Of a stretch of 64,000 bases of DNA, positions 1-9,607 are shown in pieces. The notes under the pieces are model-generated. The model did not search any database. It saw nothing but the letters and a program-made list of their open reading frames with translations, and was not told the origin of the DNA. This stretch comes from an uncultured Christensenellaceae bacterium. GTDB lineage: Bacteria > Bacillota > Clostridia > Christensenellales > DTU072. Every line of letters begins with the position of its first letter. Position 1 is the stretch's first letter. The stretch spans positions 21,901 through 85,900 of the forward strand of contig CAZTFQ010000002.1 of NCBI GenBank assembly GCA_964613035.1, written 5' to 3'. Position numbers and translations under genes: made by a program.

Positions 1-1
1 C

Positions 2-1231
2 GTGGAAAATTCCGTCGTTATGCGTCTCATCAGACTTACGGAAGAGTCGGAAAGAAACAAAGCCCCCATCGCGCGTATAGCCGACAGACTGGCGGGATAT
101 ATAGTACCTACGGCAATCAGCCTAGCCGTGATCGTGTTTTTCGTAGCTACGTTTGCACTTAAAGCAGGCTACGTACAAGGTCTCATCCGCGCGGTCACCG
201 TACTGGTCGTTTTCTGTCCCTGCTCTCTCGCTCTGGCTACCCCTACCGCTATCGCCGCGGGACTGGGCAACGCGTCTAAAAAGGGCGTGTTGATCAAGAG
301 CGGTCAGGCTCTCGAGCTACTGGCTTCAGTCAAGAGCGTCGGCTTTGACAAAACAGGCACTCTGACTACGGGCTCCATTGCGGTCGAGCGCGTGGTATGC
401 GACTGCGACGAAGAATATTTCAAGGCTCTATGCGCTTCCGTAGAGTCCGCCTCCAATCACCCTATCGGGATTGCTGTATCCCGTATATCGGATAAAAGGT
501 ACCCTATCTCCGATATAGAGAACATTCTCGGCACCGGCATAAAGGGCGTCGCGGACGGTAAAAGCGTAGAAATAGTCAAGTATAAAGACTCCGGCGTAGA
601 GAGAAAAGATATCGACGAAGTTATCGAAAACGGTCTCTCCGTGGTGGTAGTCAAACTGGACGGAGAATACGCCGGATACATCGTCTTGTCCGACACCGTG
701 CGGGACAGCGCGGCAGGCGCGGTAGAAGAATTGAAAAAGGTCGGTCTTACTACCTTCATCGTAACGGGAGACAATCGTCGTACCGCAGAGAACGTCGCGT
801 CACGACTTAATATAGACGAAGTGTATTCCGAACAACTTCCTCACGAAAAACTGGAAAAAATTGCTTCCAAGCACGAGCAAGGCAGAGTCGCTTTTGTCGG
901 AGACGGAGCCAACGACGCCCCGGCGCTTTCGACAGCCGACGTAGGCATAGCCATAGGCGCCATAGGCAACGCCGTGGCTATGGACGTAGCAGACATATGT
1001 CTGATGGAATCCGACCTTAAAAAAGTATCGTCCGTAATAGCGTTGTCTCGCAGAGTAATGAACGTAATCAAGTTCAACGTCAGTCTCGCGATGCTCATCA
1101 ATCTGGTCGCGGTGATATTATCGACCTTCGGCATCCTCAACCCCGTACTGGGAGCGCTCGTGCACAACTGCTCGTCGGTCTTCGTCTGCACCAACTCCGC
1201 ACTCATAATGACGTATAAGAACAAGCGATAA
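2..1231 (+). CDS. Heavy-metal translocating P1B-type ATPase, C-terminal part (5' end outside the window)
   Basis: CPC ion-binding motif (VVFCPCSLALATP), DKTGTLT phosphorylation motif and the GDGANDAPAL hinge. The ORF runs off the window start. Confidence 0.9.
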   Translation: MENSVVMRLIRLTEESERNKAPIARIADRLAGYIVPTAISLAVIVFFVATFALKAGYVQGLIRAVTVLVVFCPCSLALATPTAIAAGLGNASKKGVLIKSGQALELLASVKSVGFDKTGTLTTGSIAVERVVCDCDEEYFKALCASVESASNHPIGIAVSRISDKRYPISDIENILGTGIKGVADGKSVEIVKYKDSGVERKDIDEVIENGLSVVVVKLDGEYAGYIVLSDTVRDSAAGAVEELKKVGLTTFIVTGDNRRTAENVASRLNIDEVYSEQLPHEKLEKIASKHEQGRVAFVGDGANDAPALSTADVGIAIGAIGNAVAMDVADICLMESDLKKVSSVIALSRRVMNVIKFNVSLAMLINLVAVILSTFGILNPVLGALVHNCSSVFVCTNSALIMTYKNKR

Positions 1232-1257
1232 TCTAATTCTGTCAATGTATGTTATAA

Positions 1258-1292
1258 ATATCCACCGGCTCGGCTGGTGGATATTTATTTAA
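1258..1292 (+). terminator. Rho-independent terminator after the ATPase gene
   Basis: Inverted repeat ATATCCACC-GGCTCGGCT-GGTGGATAT followed by a T-rich run. Confidence 0.55.
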
Positions 1293-1352
1293 GCATTATG
1301 AGTCAAAATACTTAGTGACAAAACTTACATAGTAATTATAATAAATTTTAGT

Positions 1353-1712
1353 TTACCACATTTTGTTACTATTTAATTTGTCAATCATTAATAATAAATC
1401 ATTATTAGATAATTCACATCCGTCTTCGTCCGATTCTTCAATTCGATCTAAAATACTGATTACACAATCTCTACATTTCTCTTCTACGATAAAAATATCT
1501 GAAAATCTTACTACGTTTGCCCAATCCAATAAGTCTTGCATTGTATACTTATTATCTATACATGATTGAATTGCGTTCTTAACAATTCTTTCATCTACAT
1601 TAATAACAAGATTATCCGATTCGATAAGATAAGAATTGCATTTTTCTATATCAGAAAAATCTTTCCAAGAAATATCGCAATTTAATAACATCTGAATTTG
1701 TTCTTTATTCAT
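1353..1712 (-). CDS. Hypothetical acidic 119-aa protein in a low-GC islet
   Basis: Intact ORF in an AT-rich (about 30% GC) segment at 1290-1800. D/E-rich with no recognisable motifs. Its composition differs from the neighbouring genes. Confidence 0.45.
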   Translation of the reverse strand: MNKEQIQMLLNCDISWKDFSDIEKCNSYLIESDNLVINVDERIVKNAIQSCIDNKYTMQDLLDWANVVRFSDIFIVEEKCRDCVISILDRIEESDEDGCELSNNDLLLMIDKLNSNKMW

Positions 1713-1752
1713 AATTCTACCTCATTATTTATTTTTTTCTATATAATTATGT

Positions 1753-1762
1753 GGTATAATAA
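1753..1762 (+). promoter_or_regulatory. Extended -10 promoter (TGgTATAAT) for the small ORF at 1787
   Basis: tgtGGTATAATaa sits about 25 nt upstream of a strong RBS (AAAGGAGGTG) and the ATG at 1787. Confidence 0.4.
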
Positions 1763-1786
1763 AGCAACATAAAAGGAGGTGTAGAT

Positions 1787-1990
1787 ATGGCTTATTTTGT
1801 AGAGTTTACGAGCGGCGATAATTCCGAACGCATCACCGAAACAACCGATAAGGCGGCGGCTATTGCAACCGGAAAAGCAAAGCAAGCGGAATACAAGGCG
1901 GCGGGCAAACACGGCATTATATCTTGCTATGAGATAACGACCGAGCGCGGCGCGCCTATGCGTAAGTGTTATGAGTTTTGGGAAGTGTAA
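1787..1990 (+). CDS. Small hypothetical protein (67 aa)
   Basis: Near-perfect Shine-Dalgarno AAAGGAGGTG 7 nt upstream of the ATG. No recognisable family. Confidence 0.5.
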   Translation: MAYFVEFTSGDNSERITETTDKAAAIATGKAKQAEYKAAGKHGIISCYEITTERGAPMRKCYEFWEV

Positions 1991-2290
1991 AACCCTAAGA
2001 CCCAAACAAACCGACCCCGGGCAGTATATCTCGGTGAAAGGAGAAAAAATCATCAATATTCTATCACCTACCACGCGACCATCGGAGGGCGCGATGTTGA
2101 AAACTGCTTAACCTTTACCGATTGCATAGAAAGTTGCGTGACGATGTTTTCGTTGCGCCGTTTTAGTATTCAATAGTCCTCGTCGTCCGAAACGCAATCG
2201 AGGAAGTTTTGTTCCTCGTCGGAATATTCTACGAAGTTTTCTTTATCTTCCCCGAAAAGGGTTTTTATCAAGGCTATAATTATACACATA

Positions 2291-3679
2291 TCACTCGGGA
2301 ACGTTCTCGGAGACTGTTTCGGAGTCCGCGTCGGAAGAGACGACTTTTTTCGCGGAGTGGCTCTTCCTGACGAAGTACAGCGGAATGAAACCTATCGCCG
2401 CTATTATCGCCGCGGCGAGGAAGATTTCATACGGAGGGGTAAAGTTTTCCGCGGAGTTGATACCCATCGCGTCCAGTCCTATAATAAGCGAAACGATCGG
2501 ACCTATTATCATAGGCACGAGGACGGTAAAGCACATTCTTACGCCCTGGAATCGTCCCTCGCACCCCTCGGGTATATTGTCCTGAAAAGTCGCTCCTAGC
2601 GCTCCCGTCAACGACAGAATAGACCCCATCATCACAATGCCGCCTATATACACGAGGGCGTCTCTTCCTCCGCCGATCGGGACGAACCTAGCCAGATAAA
2701 AAGACAGACATCCCAGTATGACGCCGACGAGAAGAGGAAAATAGAAATGCTTTCTTCCGACCTTGTCGAATGCCACCCCGAGCACGCCCGTAACGACCGC
2801 CGCGCCCACGATGACGACCGCCATAGGCACGATGAATCCGTCGCCGTAACCGAGGGTCACCTGGACAAAATTGATAAGATAGGAAAAGAACGTCTGCTGA
2901 GCTATGGCGACCACGCAATATGCCGCGAGAGCGATATAGAGAGGCTTGTTTTCTTTAACCACTTTCGGAGAAAAACCGTAGAAGGTATCCTTCCGAGAGC
3001 CGTAAGGCGTTTTTTCGATTTTGTCGGAATCTTTCAGTAGAAACAATGCCGCTATTCCCGCGACGACGGGAATTATCCCGAGCACTATGAAAAACAAATA
3101 GTTACTGTCGCTATTGCTGTCGTACAGTCCGCCGAGTCCGACGAAGACGATTACGACTGCGATGACCGGGAGCACAGACAAAACAGCATTGAGTCTACCT
3201 CTGTTGCTTTCGTCTCCGACGTCCGCGATATATGCGTTGAACGCGGCGTCGTTGGAAGTAGATCCCGCCATCGTCATAATACAATCGAAGACGACGAGCA
3301 TCACCGCCACGCCTGCGACCATTCCTCCGGACGGTTTCATCGGAATGACGGCGAATATCATTATGGTTACCCCCCAGACGATATATCCGTACGCGATGAA
3401 AGGCTTCCTTTTGCCGACTCGGTCGCACCATCCTCCCGCGAATATCGTCGTCACCGTAGCGGTGAGCGCGGACAAAACGACCATAAGCGTGGTGACTATA
3501 TATCCGAGATCGTGTCTACCTATATTGGCGAAGACGTCTTGCGCGAAAGTCGCGAAGTACATATTCTCCACGACCCAGGCTATCTGACCTATCAGTCCGA
3601 AAAAGATCGCCGATATCCACTCGCGCGCCCCTAGCGGAGCGGAAGACTTTACGTTAACATTGTTTGTCTCGTCGTTCAT
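2291..3679 (-). CDS. MFS-type transporter (multi-pass membrane protein)
   Basis: 462 aa with about 12 hydrophobic helices, a G-rich helix 1 and cytoplasmic basic loops, matching major facilitator topology. Confidence 0.75.
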   Translation of the reverse strand: MNDETNNVNVKSSAPLGAREWISAIFFGLIGQIAWVVENMYFATFAQDVFANIGRHDLGYIVTTLMVVLSALTATVTTIFAGGWCDRVGKRKPFIAYGYIVWGVTIMIFAVIPMKPSGGMVAGVAVMLVVFDCIMTMAGSTSNDAAFNAYIADVGDESNRGRLNAVLSVLPVIAVVIVFVGLGGLYDSNSDSNYLFFIVLGIIPVVAGIAALFLLKDSDKIEKTPYGSRKDTFYGFSPKVVKENKPLYIALAAYCVVAIAQQTFFSYLINFVQVTLGYGDGFIVPMAVVIVGAAVVTGVLGVAFDKVGRKHFYFPLLVGVILGCLSFYLARFVPIGGGRDALVYIGGIVMMGSILSLTGALGATFQDNIPEGCEGRFQGVRMCFTVLVPMIIGPIVSLIIGLDAMGINSAENFTPPYEIFLAAAIIAAIGFIPLYFVRKSHSAKKVVSSDADSETVSENVPE

Positions 3680-3809
3680 ATCTGACTCCTTATAACAACG
3701 TATTACGGATTAATGATATCACATAAAAAAACCTTTCGCAACAACGATTTTTCACCAACGAAGCCCTCTCGCTTGACTTTGTTCGCGCGCGCTCGTAATA
3801 TGTGTAGGT

Positions 3810-4421
3810 ATGGAACCTATCGTAATCGTCGCTCAAGTAGCCAATTTCCTCGCGGCGGGGATGTCTCTGATCGGATACTGGCAAAAGAAAAAGCTCGGCA
3901 TACTTATTTGTCAAGCCGTAGCCAACGTGCTCTACTTCACGCACTGGTTTCTTATGGGCGAAATGTCCGGCGCGATGTGCTCGGTGTTCCAGATAGCCGC
4001 GCTACTCATATTCTCACTACAGGAAAAGCTCCGCTGGAAACGCCGCTACGTCGCTCTACCCGTCGTCGCGTGTCTCGTGCTAATCGGATACTTCACCTAC
4101 AACGGACCGTATTCCCTTCTCCCGATAGCAGGCTCGCTCATCGCGTTGACGTCGTTCTTCTCCAAGAAAAAAACCGTCATGAGACTGGCGGGAACCTTCG
4201 CCGCGGCGTGCTGGCTGACGTACGCGTTCTTCACCGACTCGCTGTCCGCTAAAATCGTACAACCGATTATGGCTCTGGTCACTTTCCTGTCGGTCTTCGA
4301 GAACAGAATCAAAGCGACTCTAATTAAAATAAAAGAAAAAATCGCCCCGTCGAAAATTTCGGACAAGACGTCGGATATTATTGACAACGGCGAGGATTCA
4401 GGTATCCGAAATAACGAATAA
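3810..4421 (+). CDS. YgjV-like inner membrane protein
   Basis: 203 aa with about 6 TM helices. The sequence pattern resembles the YgjV family. It is divergent from the MFS gene. Confidence 0.55.
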   Translation: MEPIVIVAQVANFLAAGMSLIGYWQKKKLGILICQAVANVLYFTHWFLMGEMSGAMCSVFQIAALLIFSLQEKLRWKRRYVALPVVACLVLIGYFTYNGPYSLLPIAGSLIALTSFFSKKKTVMRLAGTFAAACWLTYAFFTDSLSAKIVQPIMALVTFLSVFENRIKATLIKIKEKIAPSKISDKTSDIIDNGEDSGIRNNE

Positions 4422-4446
4422 GGTTGCCCGAAACGCTAAAACGGAA

Positions 4447-5023
4447 TTATTTCTTTTTATATTTGCCGACTTCGAAAGGAGTCGGTTTTCCTCTCTTCAC
4501 GAGAAACGCGTTGTTGCCCAGCGACAATATCGGAAGGTCGGACAGAGAGTCCGAGTAGACGTTGTCGAACTTCTCGTACCCAAGAGCTTTAAGTCTCTCG
4601 AGCTTTTCTTCTCCCTTGCAATTCTTGCCGATAATGCGACCTGTTTTTATGTCGCAACCCGTGGCAATCACGGTTGCCGAGGGATTGATTTTATCGAAAA
4701 AGGCTCTCACCAAAAACTCGGGCGAGGCACTGCATATGACGTCGTCGGGGCACGCGACTCCGTCGTAATAAGTCAGTCTCTCGGAGACGTATTCTTTCCA
4801 GAAAAGCTCGGCTTCTTTTCCCGCGTCGATTTTTTTCAAAAAAGAAAACGCTTTCGTTTTAAAAGTCTCGGCGGAGACGATTTTCATACCCCACATCGCC
4901 GCGTAGAAGGCAGCCTTAAGCATATAAGGAAAGAGCGTAACGTGACGTCTCAAACAATACAGGCAAAAGAGCGAGCCCGAATCGCGATAAAAAATCGTTT
5001 TGTCGAAGTCGTATAAATTCATA
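4447..5023 (-). CDS. HAD-superfamily hydrolase (HAD-IB-like)
   Basis: The N-terminal motif I DxD is present (MNLYDFDKT). The ORF-track N-terminal extension to 5829 has no RBS. The ATG at 5023 is the likely start. Confidence 0.7.
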
Positions 5024-5118
5024 TCGATATTGTACCAAATCGGAGCTATTAAGTCAATCCCCGAATAAAACGCCGCTCGACGGTCAAGAATAGTCGTATT
5101 AAAAATAAGGAGATTAAA

Positions 5119-6375
5119 ATGAAAAAGGTAAATCCGTTTTTTGAAAAGCGCGCCGTGCCCGTAGGAGAGTTTCGCTCCTGGGACGAGCTTAATTCCGCGC
5201 CTTACGACAAAAGAAAAGCTTCCCCGTACACCAAGACGAGAGTTATTCTTCTCAACGGAGCGGAGTTTGAACAGAACTGGTTTCTTCATCGGTTTTCTCG
5301 CCAATGCAACGACAACGAGCTCCGTCGCGAAATCTCGCGCATACGCCGACACGAGAAACAACAGCAGCTGGCTATAGCCTCTCTTAAGCCTCTCGACGAG
5401 TCCGCGCTGGATGCGACCATAGGCTACGAGCAACTTGCAGTGGACCTCACCGCCATACTCGCCCGACACGTCAAGGACGAGAACGTGAAAAACGCTCTGG
5501 ACTTCGCGCTCCTCGAGGACTTCGACCACTTGTACCGCTTCGCCAATCTGATGGAATCCGAGACCGGGAAAAAGGCTAAAGATCTGACTCTGGACTACAC
5601 GGAAATAACCGTCGGTCGCCCCACTATCGCCGAGCATCGACACCCTTACGACGCGATCAATTGCTTTATCTGTAACGAGACGGCGGATCCCTTCACCAAG
5701 CTGGTCGCCTCTATAATCACCGCGGGAGAACAGCAAACGATGAACTTCTATATGAACGTCGGGTCCTTCCACCCCACCGAAGCGGGACGTAAGCTCTATG
5801 CGGAGATAGCGATGATAGAAGAACAGCACGTCACGGAATACGGGTCTCTCCTAGACCCCAATTGCAGCTGGCTGGAAAACTGGCTGATGCACGAATACGC
5901 CGAGTGCTACTTGTATTATTCTTGTGCGGAAGACGAAACGGACCCCTCGATCCGCGCATTGTACGAGAGACATTATCTGGAAGAATGCGGTCATCTTCAG
6001 CACGTGGCGAGTCTTCTCAACGTCTACGAGGGCAAACCGTGGCAGGCATTATTCCCCGACGGAGGAGATTTCCCCGAGCCGCTTAAATTCGAAGGCAATA
6101 TAGAATACGTCCGAGACGTCATCAAAAACACTTCTTCCTTGACCAAGCACCGCGAAGGTTATCGAGAGGTCAAGGACACGCCTAAAGACGCCCTGTATTT
6201 CTCTTACAACTCCGCCGTCAACAAAAACCCCGCCGCCGTAGCGTCTCACCGAGTCGTCGCCTCTCATATAGAAAAGTACGGCGAAGATTATCGATACGAG
6301 GTATCGCCGCACCCGATCAAATCACTCCGCGACAGAACCTTAGACAACACCGACTACGCGCGTATTCCTTCTTAA
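5119..6375 (+). CDS. Hypothetical 418-aa protein, possible ferritin-like/diiron fold
   Basis: RBS AAGGAG upstream of the ATG. Paired E..EEQH and E.ECGHLQH motifs are reminiscent of ExxH diiron ligands. The family is uncertain. Confidence 0.55.
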   Translation: MKKVNPFFEKRAVPVGEFRSWDELNSAPYDKRKASPYTKTRVILLNGAEFEQNWFLHRFSRQCNDNELRREISRIRRHEKQQQLAIASLKPLDESALDATIGYEQLAVDLTAILARHVKDENVKNALDFALLEDFDHLYRFANLMESETGKKAKDLTLDYTEITVGRPTIAEHRHPYDAINCFICNETADPFTKLVASIITAGEQQTMNFYMNVGSFHPTEAGRKLYAEIAMIEEQHVTEYGSLLDPNCSWLENWLMHEYAECYLYYSCAEDETDPSIRALYERHYLEECGHLQHVASLLNVYEGKPWQALFPDGGDFPEPLKFEGNIEYVRDVIKNTSSLTKHREGYREVKDTPKDALYFSYNSAVNKNPAAVASHRVVASHIEKYGEDYRYEVSPHPIKSLRDRTLDNTDYARIPS

Positions 6376-6442
6376 TACGCGTCCCTCGTTAAATGAAGAC
6401 GCGGCTCGTTATGAGCCGCGTCTTGTCTTTTAACCGTTATAC

Positions 6443-8203
6443 TTATTCTACCGTATAATGTACGTCGTAGAAGGTCGTATTGGAGAAGAACGTCATCAGT
6501 CCGAGATATCCGCCCGCGTAATTGGTAGAAGTCGTCTCTCCGACCAAAACGTCGTCGCAATAGAACTTGAACGTCTTGTTGTCGGCAGAACCTTCCGTCT
6601 TGATTGTCAATTTATGCCATCCTCTGCGCCACTCGAGAGCAATCCCTTTATATTCCGCAAGGTCCGCGGGGTTGTTGCCGCCCGCCTTGAAATATCTGGA
6701 GCCGCCGTCGTCTTCGGAGACGTTGAAGCAGAACCAGGACGCACCGGGATCTTCGTTGTTTTGGATGCCGAAAACCAGTCCCGCGGCTTTGCCTTCATAC
6801 ACGTTGAGATACGCTTCGAAGGTGAAGTTTTGTTCCGCAGTGACGTATTGGTCGGTCACCGCGAAGAAGTCGCCGACGTTAATGTTGTTAACTTCTATCG
6901 AGAGTCCGTCGGAAGAATCCGTCCAAGATCCCCATTTGTTGGTAACTGTCGGATGAGAGTTTTCTTTCTCTCTGTTATACATACCGCGAGTCAGCTCGAG
7001 GTCGTTGCCGATATAATAACGGACGTTGGTCCACTCGGCTTTACTTCTCCAAGTATCGAAGGAAATATATCCGCCGTTGTACGCTTCGTTGTTAAAAGTA
7101 GCGACCAAAATGCCGTCTATGTAGTAAGAAACCCATTTATCGGAGGTTATTTCCAGTCTGACGTGGACGGACTTCTTGCCGTTAAGGCGGAGTAAGGTCT
7201 TCTCGTTACTGTTGGGCGTGCCGTATCCGAACATACGGGCATTGTCTTGGCCGAAGTTGACGGAGACACCGTTCCAGGCAGCGCCCGGGTTTGCGGGATC
7301 GGTGATTCCGTAACCGATATTGGCACCGTAATCGTTCTCGTCGGCATATGAAGTACAGGTTACGTCGAAGTCCGCCACGAAGGCAGTCTCCGCAGGCACG
7401 TAAATCGTAGTGACCGCCTGAGCGTCGCCCCAGGTCGTATTGTCGCCCGTGATATATCCTTTGCCGCCCGACCAGGTTCCCCAGACGTGTTCCTCGTCCA
7501 TATCGGAAGAATAGTCGAAGTCGGTCATAAACGAGAAGTTCTCTACTATCGGTTCCATCTCGCATCTGGAGCAAGAGATCGACTTGCTGCCGTCCTCATA
7601 ATAAGAGGCGGCATTAATGATTTCTTCATCGTAATCGTGACCGAGAGCGGCAATATCTTCCTGTGCTACCAAGACGGTACCGCATCTGTCGCAATGACTG
7701 CCTTCCGTAAGCCCCTTTTCCGTACAGGTGGGATCTACCGCACTGTCGGTAACGGGATTGTGACCTGCGGGGACTTCTTCTTGAGGTACTATAACGGCAT
7801 TACACACTCCGCAGTGACTGCCTTCGGTCAAACCCTTCTCGGTACAAGTGGGAGCTACTGCTTGGTCGACGACTACGTCGTGCTCGACGGTGACGGAGAA
7901 CATAACGGTTTTTTCCAGATACGTAACCGTTATCGTTTGCTCTCCTACGGAGCTTGCGTCGTATCCGGAGATCATGGCGGAAGTTATCTCGATCGTTTCT
8001 TCGGTTTCGTTGTCGTAGACCGCCTTGATAACCGCTCCGCTCAAATCGATCGCATCGCCTTCCTTATACGTCAGCTTGGACGGCGCGCTATCGAGCACAA
8101 CGGACGCGAGTTGTTTTTCGGAATCGTTGTCGCAAGCAAAACAAAGCACGGCACACACTATAACGAGACCTAGTAACATAATCGTTAAAAGTTTCTTCTT
8201 CAT
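6443..8203 (-). CDS. Secreted lipoprotein with two Cys-rich repeats and a C-terminal LamG/concanavalin-like domain
   Basis: Signal peptide with lipobox (MKKKLLTIMLLGLVIVCAVLCFAC). Tandem approximately 37-aa repeats of the form PTCTEKGLTEGSHC.xC. The AAGLVFGIQNNEDPGASWFCFNV block is shared with the GH32 accessory domain. Start refined to the ATG at 8203 with a GGAGAAG RBS. Confidence 0.7.
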   Translation of the reverse strand: MKKKLLTIMLLGLVIVCAVLCFACDNDSEKQLASVVLDSAPSKLTYKEGDAIDLSGAVIKAVYDNETEETIEITSAMISGYDASSVGEQTITVTYLEKTVMFSVTVEHDVVVDQAVAPTCTEKGLTEGSHCGVCNAVIVPQEEVPAGHNPVTDSAVDPTCTEKGLTEGSHCDRCGTVLVAQEDIAALGHDYDEEIINAASYYEDGSKSISCSRCEMEPIVENFSFMTDFDYSSDMDEEHVWGTWSGGKGYITGDNTTWGDAQAVTTIYVPAETAFVADFDVTCTSYADENDYGANIGYGITDPANPGAAWNGVSVNFGQDNARMFGYGTPNSNEKTLLRLNGKKSVHVRLEITSDKWVSYYIDGILVATFNNEAYNGGYISFDTWRSKAEWTNVRYYIGNDLELTRGMYNREKENSHPTVTNKWGSWTDSSDGLSIEVNNINVGDFFAVTDQYVTAEQNFTFEAYLNVYEGKAAGLVFGIQNNEDPGASWFCFNVSEDDGGSRYFKAGGNNPADLAEYKGIALEWRRGWHKLTIKTEGSADNKTFKFYCDDVLVGETTSTNYAGGYLGLMTFFSNTTFYDVHYTVE

Positions 8204-8267
8204 GTTTCTTCTCCTTTTTCGCGACATCTAAATCGCGTATTTTTTCAATTAGACCGTAATACCGCGG

Positions 8268-9605
8268 TTAATCGGCGAGCTGTATCGAAAAATAATTGGT
8301 CTGCACCGCAGGGTCTCCCGCGGGAACTCCGTCCTTTCTCATGGCATTGGCGGGTGAACCGTTATAGATCGACATATCGTCGGTGTTTTGGTAAAACTCT
8401 ATGAACGCGGCGCTGATGTTTTTGACGTCCGTCGCGCCTATTACGGAATAAGGTATCGTCACGGTGAAGGAAAAATAGTCCTTGTTTCTCTCGATAACGA
8501 CCGCGTCGTCCAGCTTGTCGTCGGTGTCTCTTACTCTTCTCCAATTCCATATATACGTAAGACCCGATTTGTAATAGAGATCTCCGCTACCGTATACTCT
8601 TAAGACGGTATCCTTTTTGTTCAGCACCCAGGAAGCGGAATTGGCGGTATCCGTCGTCTTAATCGGAATCATCATAAACTCCGACGAGGTGAAATCGCCG
8701 AAGCCCACTCCTCTCAGTACGAGCGAGTCGGTAGTCGTCTCTATATTGAAATAGAAGTCGTCCGCGCTGTCGTTACGCACGTCGGAAGGATTGGCGAAAG
8801 AATATCGATATCCCGCGATAAGAGATTCTTTGTCGAAGTTGTCCGAGAAGTCTTTCCCGTCGAGATACTCATCGATATATTCTCCGTCCGAGACGTATTT
8901 TACGAACGAGAATATCCCGTGACAATTCTCGGTATATAGCACCGCTTCGACTTCTCCGGAGAATAAAGAGCGTGTGTAATAAGAGGTCATCGCCACGTCG
9001 TCGATAGAGACATATACCCGGTCGCCGCGTTTGATTACCTTGATATTGACGTAATTTCCGTCGGAATAAGCACTTTCGAAGCGTTTGATCGTCTCCAGCG
9101 TGTTGGTTACGCGTCCTTCTTTGACGTCCGTATAGAGGATTCTGTCCTGCATATTATCGCTGAGCTTGACGTAGAAAGAGAGCTCGTTGGGTCCGTCGGT
9201 CAGTTTAACGCCTATCCGTGCGGATTGACCGATATGATACACGCCCAGCGTCGTGACGTCCGCCTCCAGGATACAGTCTATGCCTCGGGTCTCTTTAACC
9301 GCGGCGCTTTGGTTGCCGCCTGAGACGGCTTCCACTGCGGAATAATCGTTAAGTACGCTCATCCCGGAAGTGATGCAATACGTTTTCATTTCTGTTAAAT
9401 CGGGCGTCATATAAGTGTCGTTTTTAGGGTCGGTAGGATTCTGAGAACCCGACGGGGTGGAGCCTGGTTGCGCGGAGCCGGACGGTTCCGTGCCGGAAGG
9501 GACTCCCGAAGACGGATCGGGATCGTTGTCGCAAGCAACGACGGTCGTTACCAGCAGTACGCATAGTATCAAAACTAAGATTATAGATATAACCGAGCGA
9601 CGCAT
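8268..9605 (-). CDS. Secreted lipoprotein, hypothetical
   Basis: Signal peptide plus lipobox (LLVTTVVAC), followed by an S/P/G-rich linker. The ATG at 9605 is preceded by GGAGGGAG. The track start is an upstream GTG. Confidence 0.65.
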   Translation of the reverse strand: MRRSVISIILVLILCVLLVTTVVACDNDPDPSSGVPSGTEPSGSAQPGSTPSGSQNPTDPKNDTYMTPDLTEMKTYCITSGMSVLNDYSAVEAVSGGNQSAAVKETRGIDCILEADVTTLGVYHIGQSARIGVKLTDGPNELSFYVKLSDNMQDRILYTDVKEGRVTNTLETIKRFESAYSDGNYVNIKVIKRGDRVYVSIDDVAMTSYYTRSLFSGEVEAVLYTENCHGIFSFVKYVSDGEYIDEYLDGKDFSDNFDKESLIAGYRYSFANPSDVRNDSADDFYFNIETTTDSLVLRGVGFGDFTSSEFMMIPIKTTDTANSASWVLNKKDTVLRVYGSGDLYYKSGLTYIWNWRRVRDTDDKLDDAVVIERNKDYFSFTVTIPYSVIGATDVKNISAAFIEFYQNTDDMSIYNGSPANAMRKDGVPAGDPAVQTNYFSIQLAD

Positions 9606-9607
9606 TA

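Noticed and set aside
2161-2289. 43-aa acidic mini-ORF immediately downstream of the MFS gene (MCIIIALIKTLFGEDKENFVEYSDEEQNFLDCVSDDEDY)
   Set aside because: No Shine-Dalgarno sequence, below any reliable size threshold and no conservation evidence. Likely chance.
4447-5829. 460-aa ORF-track version of the HAD hydrolase gene
   Set aside because: The N-terminal 270 codons are Arg/Gly/Val-rich GC-frame noise that would occlude the RBS/promoter of the divergent 5119 gene. The conserved HAD motif I (DFDKT) begins right at the internal ATG at 5023.
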